In this document: positions 60,863-64,000 of the stretch, piece by piece | Numbering within the stretch: position 1 is the stretch's first letter | Layout: every line of letters begins with the position of its first letter | DNA from: Oopsacas minuta | Taxonomy: Eukaryota > Animalia > Porifera | NCBI GenBank assembly: GCA_024704765.1 | Contig: JAKMXF010000350.1 | Span: forward strand, 38,913-102,912 | Direction of reading: 5' to 3' | Length of the DNA: 64,000 nt | Position numbers and translations under genes: made by a program | The notes under the pieces: model-generated | What the model was told of the DNA's origin: nothing | Seen by the model: the letters and a program-made list of their open reading frames with translations, nothing else | The model's database searches: none

Positions 60863-62159
60863 CTGTGAACAGAAAATTATCAATTTAGGAAAGTACTAAA
60901 ATAGAATAAGGGGAGTCGGACAATTTGGGCTAGGGCGGGATTAAGAGAAGTAGGGGCCTAAGCCCAATTATTGATTGGCCACCCATCACAATTTGAATAC
61001 ACTGACATCATATCGTGATAAATTCATATGAAAAATTGATGGCTAATAATTTGTAACTGTATATAGGGCCAGCCATTACTAGCCTAGTTCACGCAGCCCA
61101 ATAAGAGCCCTGCAGATGGATAAGTCCTGAAACGGTGGTTATCCAAAAGTTGAGGGCCAGTAGCTGAGCCGGGCATTTCTAGTGGGGATAATTCATCAGG
61201 GTCCTAGGAGGCCCCCCAGTGGGGTCTAGGAGCGCAGCCTGAATAAGACAAGCTATAATTAGTACGTATAAAATTAGTTCCCTTTGTACTGTCACATAAC
61301 TTCTATACTTGTACATATGGTTACTACCCCATAACCTTCAGTCCGTAGATCAATTCAAGGTATTTACGAGGTATATACGAAGTATATACCTGAGATTTTG
61401 GTGAAATAACATGATGTTAAGGGTAAAATGTGAGCGAAGCGGGCCCAAAAATTTATTGTTTGTAATTTGAGCTCAATAACGAAACAATTGAATAACATGA
61501 ACATTCCAGATAGTGTATAAATATCCTGAAGGGTTACATCCTCCTAGAGGATCCGCCACTGGTGGGGCACCCTAAGGGTGGGGGCCTAAGCCATGACTTA
61601 GTTGGCTTATAGGTTAATCCGGGCCTGACTACCGCGAGTTGACTCTGCCATTATATAAAATGTATAGGTGGGTGCTGGGTAGGCATGACGTCATCTCTGT
61701 ACACCCAGCTCATGAGCTTAGTTACGCCAATAGTTGGCTATCACCAGGCGTATCTATTTAAAGTTTAACCCATGATATTTGAGAGGAAATTTAGTAGAGA
61801 CTCCATGTAACAATATGGTAATAAATATTGTGCTATTTGGGTTGCTGCCATTTCAATAGCTAATGCAGAGCAGAAAATAAATGAATTGAGTAGAGAAGAT
61901 TAGAAAAAACTAACTTACCCTCACTGCTAGAATCACTTGATTCATCATCTAGAAGAATATAATATGGTATATGTAATATTATTCTATCGTTAAGTCAAGT
62001 AATATTTTAGTAAAAATCGTCACCCATGACTGAGTTTTATTTAGGTTATAGGATCTTTTCTGACCAACACAGAATTTGTTACAGATAGAATAATATAATT
62101 TGTGTTGATAATGAGTAATACAAGTAATAGCCGAGCTGAATTATAAATGATATACTCAC

Positions 62160-62235
62160 GAGATATTTGTTGGCGTTTTGGATTATCTGTTGTTATAGGT
62201 GCATCTCTTTTTCTTCGGGATATGTTCTCAGCCAT
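62160..62235 (-). CDS. SACS: Sacsin-like gene, putative exon 1 with start codon
   Basis: ATG-initiated MAENISRRKRDAPITTDNPKRQQIS ends at consensus donor C|GTGAGT. Its phase (1 nt) matches the 2-nt start of exon 2. There is no homology support; it is assigned by splice-signal and phase logic only. Confidence 0.45.
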
Positions 62236-62407
62236 TGTAGTCAGCTTGAAGGAGTCATAAAGGTAGCTATCGGGAATAACAACTGACTATAGATAATAAG
62301 CAATAGAGACACAGCGATCTAGACCGACCTACAAATGTCAACCCTGTCCGCTCGCTGGAGTGCCTGGACCAATGCATTTCTACTAAACAGGTTTTGCTTA
62401 ACCAAAC

Positions 62408-62578
62408 TACAGTAGAACTCGGTTAGCACGTACCCTGGACAAGACGTACTTCGGCTTAGTACGTACTAAATTTTATGAACCAAAATTCATTATTACAATA
62501 GGATTCTATGTAAATACAACTCGGATAGTCATACTTATTAGACTTCGAGGGGGTACGTCTTATCCGAGTTCTGCTGTA
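62408..62578. mobile_element. MITE family B, 171-bp copy upstream of sacsin-like gene
   Basis: It has the termini tacagtagaactcgg and ccgagttctgctgta. The interior shares the ggataagacgtaccccctcg core with the 6112 copy. Confidence 0.7.
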
Positions 62579-62801
62579 AATTTAGCCCAGAATAAGTTAA
62601 CATGACATAAGTCATAATTGTAAGAAATTAATCAGAATCTAATATAATACATCGATACCAACCTAGCGTCTCAACAATCTTGAAGGGACTTCACCCAAAA
62701 TTACTTGGATAAAATGAATATAGCCATATAAATATGTTGAGGAGTCCCCCAAATTTTGGGGGACTTTCCCAAATGAAACCCTACATATAAGGTTTGTACA
62801 G

Positions 62802-63400
62802 GGTGTTAAGAAATTGATTTCCTCTTTCAGGAAAATGTAAACAACTGTTGTATATTATCAGATCTTCTTGTTTGTTTTAATAAAGGATTCAAATATATTA
62901 TCGATAATTTCAATAATAATAATCCACCGAAATTGCGAATTTCATAGTTTTTCAGAAGGTGATACTTTCCATGTAGGGTTTTGGTATTTATTTTAGCGAT
63001 TTTTATTGTCGATTCTACTCGGATTACTAAGTTTCCACAATTGCATAATAAAAGGATTTCACTTTCTTTTTATGCCAGAAAGTTACATATCCATTCATCT
63101 TTCACTTAGGTAGCAACATAACCACTTTGAGCCTTATTAATTTGCATTTAGGTTGTGAGCTGAGACAAATTTTCCAAGGAGAATGTTTCAAACATGTTTC
63201 GTGAAAATAATTTGGTCGTTCTACTATAATCCCAGTATTGTTGAAACGAATCAATGCCTATCTATAAAACGTTTCCAAATCTACATTAAAATAATTCATA
63301 TTTATTATTAATTTTGATAAGGACTACAATATCAATTGGCATTGTTTTCGCAAGATGAATTGAACATATAAATCTAACAGGAAATCAATTTCTTAACACC
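62802..63400. mobile_element. ~600-bp non-autonomous TIR element (22-bp TIR ggtgttaagaaattgatttcct)
   Basis: The left end ggtgttaagaaattgatttcct and the right end aggaaatcaatttcttaacacc are perfect reverse complements. The interior is AT-rich with no long ORF. Confidence 0.7.
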
Positions 63401-63726
63401 TTGTATGTCAAGAATTGATTGAAGAAACTGGAGGAACAGCAGGGCTGATTTTGGCCCAGATTACTATCCAAAAGCCACGAGAAGCCCCAGTATTACCACA
63501 GAAGGCCATTAAATGGAATTTGGATGGATAATAAATGAATTATAAACAATGAAATCGGGATAACATAGGTCCTGACGATACTTGCTATGGGAGTCGGGAT
63601 AAATGAAATGAAATCACAAGGGCCTCGTGATATACTGTCACAAACTGTCCAACCTTCGAGGCTTGGACAGTGCTAATATATTAGGCCACGGAAATTGAAT
63701 ACGTTGTTTCCCACCACAAGTACAAG

Positions 63727-63955
63727 TACAGTAAAACCTCCAAAAGGTGAACACCCTGCGGACCAGCAAAAATGTTCACTTTTCATGACCGGAACAATTC
63801 AACTGACATGGACCACAGATTAAGTGTTCACATTTCACTTGTTGGAGGTGTTCGCATTCTAAAGGAGTGACCACCATGTAAAACAATTGGAGTAATTTGG
63901 GACGAGAAAAAGTGTTCATATTTTGGAGGTGTTCACTTTTGGAGGTTTTAATGTA
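63727..63955. mobile_element. 229-bp MITE with ~28-bp TIRs (tacagtaaaacctccaaaaggtgaacac) and internal ggaggtgttca subrepeats
   Basis: The right end gtgttcacttttggaggttttaatgta is the reverse complement of the left end, with one indel and one mismatch. Confidence 0.65.
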
Positions 63956-64000
63956 GTATATTAGTATTATACATAGGCGCAGAACCCGGGGGCCAAGGCC

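Noticed and set aside
1-64000. Interpretation of the window as prokaryotic or viral because of its long uninterrupted ORFs
   Set aside because: Multiple GT-AG introns restore conserved motifs in the PDZ, sacsin, RAG1-like and TRIM genes. The gene content is typically metazoan (TRIM, MVP, ARL5, sacsin). There are no Shine-Dalgarno or operon-like arrangements.

Overview
This window is nuclear DNA from an AT-rich, gene-dense, intron-poor eukaryote, most likely an invertebrate metazoan. It is not prokaryotic or viral.

Evidence for the eukaryotic call:
- Several genes have canonical GT-AG spliceosomal introns of 64 to about 1300 bp, and the spliced junctions restore conserved protein motifs.
- Several other long genes are single uninterrupted exons: formin, MVP, bystin, DDX52, a PIGO-like GPI transferase and an ENT transporter.

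Gene order (coordinates approximate):
1. 5-3304: formin-like protein with two PH domains (+, 5' end truncated by the window edge).
2. 6436-7155: dual-specificity phosphatase (-).
3. 8824-10371: ENT/SLC29 nucleoside transporter (-).
4. 12246-15222 and 17158-20611: two tandemly duplicated two-exon TRIM-like genes with RING, B-box, coiled-coil and a beta-propeller-like C-terminal domain (-). Copy 2 carries a 21-bp tandem repeat that encodes a Q/G-rich heptad insert.
5. 23964-24509: ARL5-like GTPase (-).
6. About 25394-26006: two exons of a PDZ-domain gene (+).
7. 27647-28960: bystin (-).
8. 30718-33285: major vault protein as one 855-aa exon (-).
9. 35443-37953: GPI ethanolamine-phosphate transferase of the PIGO/PIGG family (-).
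10. 42403-44127: DDX52/ROK1-like DEAD-box helicase (-).
11. 46283-46884: a small PARP-like ADP-ribosyltransferase (-).
12. 47387-62235: a four-exon sacsin-like gene (-). Its last exon is a single 12.3 kb exon encoding about 4100 aa with three HSP90-like ATPase (sacsin repeat) modules and a HEPN-like tail.

The most interesting object is a Transib (RAG1-like) DNA transposon at 38423-41715 that looks structurally intact and recently inserted. It has perfect 12-bp terminal inverted repeats beginning with CACAGTG, which is the canonical V(D)J RSS heptamer. It is flanked by a perfect 5-bp target-site duplication, TGGTC. It carries a two-exon, 717-aa RAG1-core-like transposase with one 64-bp intron. 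No RAG2-like partner gene is present.

The window is also rich in short non-autonomous elements. I found at least five MITE/SINE-like families, some sitting in the TRIM introns and between the sacsin and PARP genes. There are microsatellites, and short near-perfect palindromes recur 100-300 bp upstream of several gene starts. Twelve of fourteen genes lie on the minus strand. No rRNA, CRISPR array or convincing tRNA was found.
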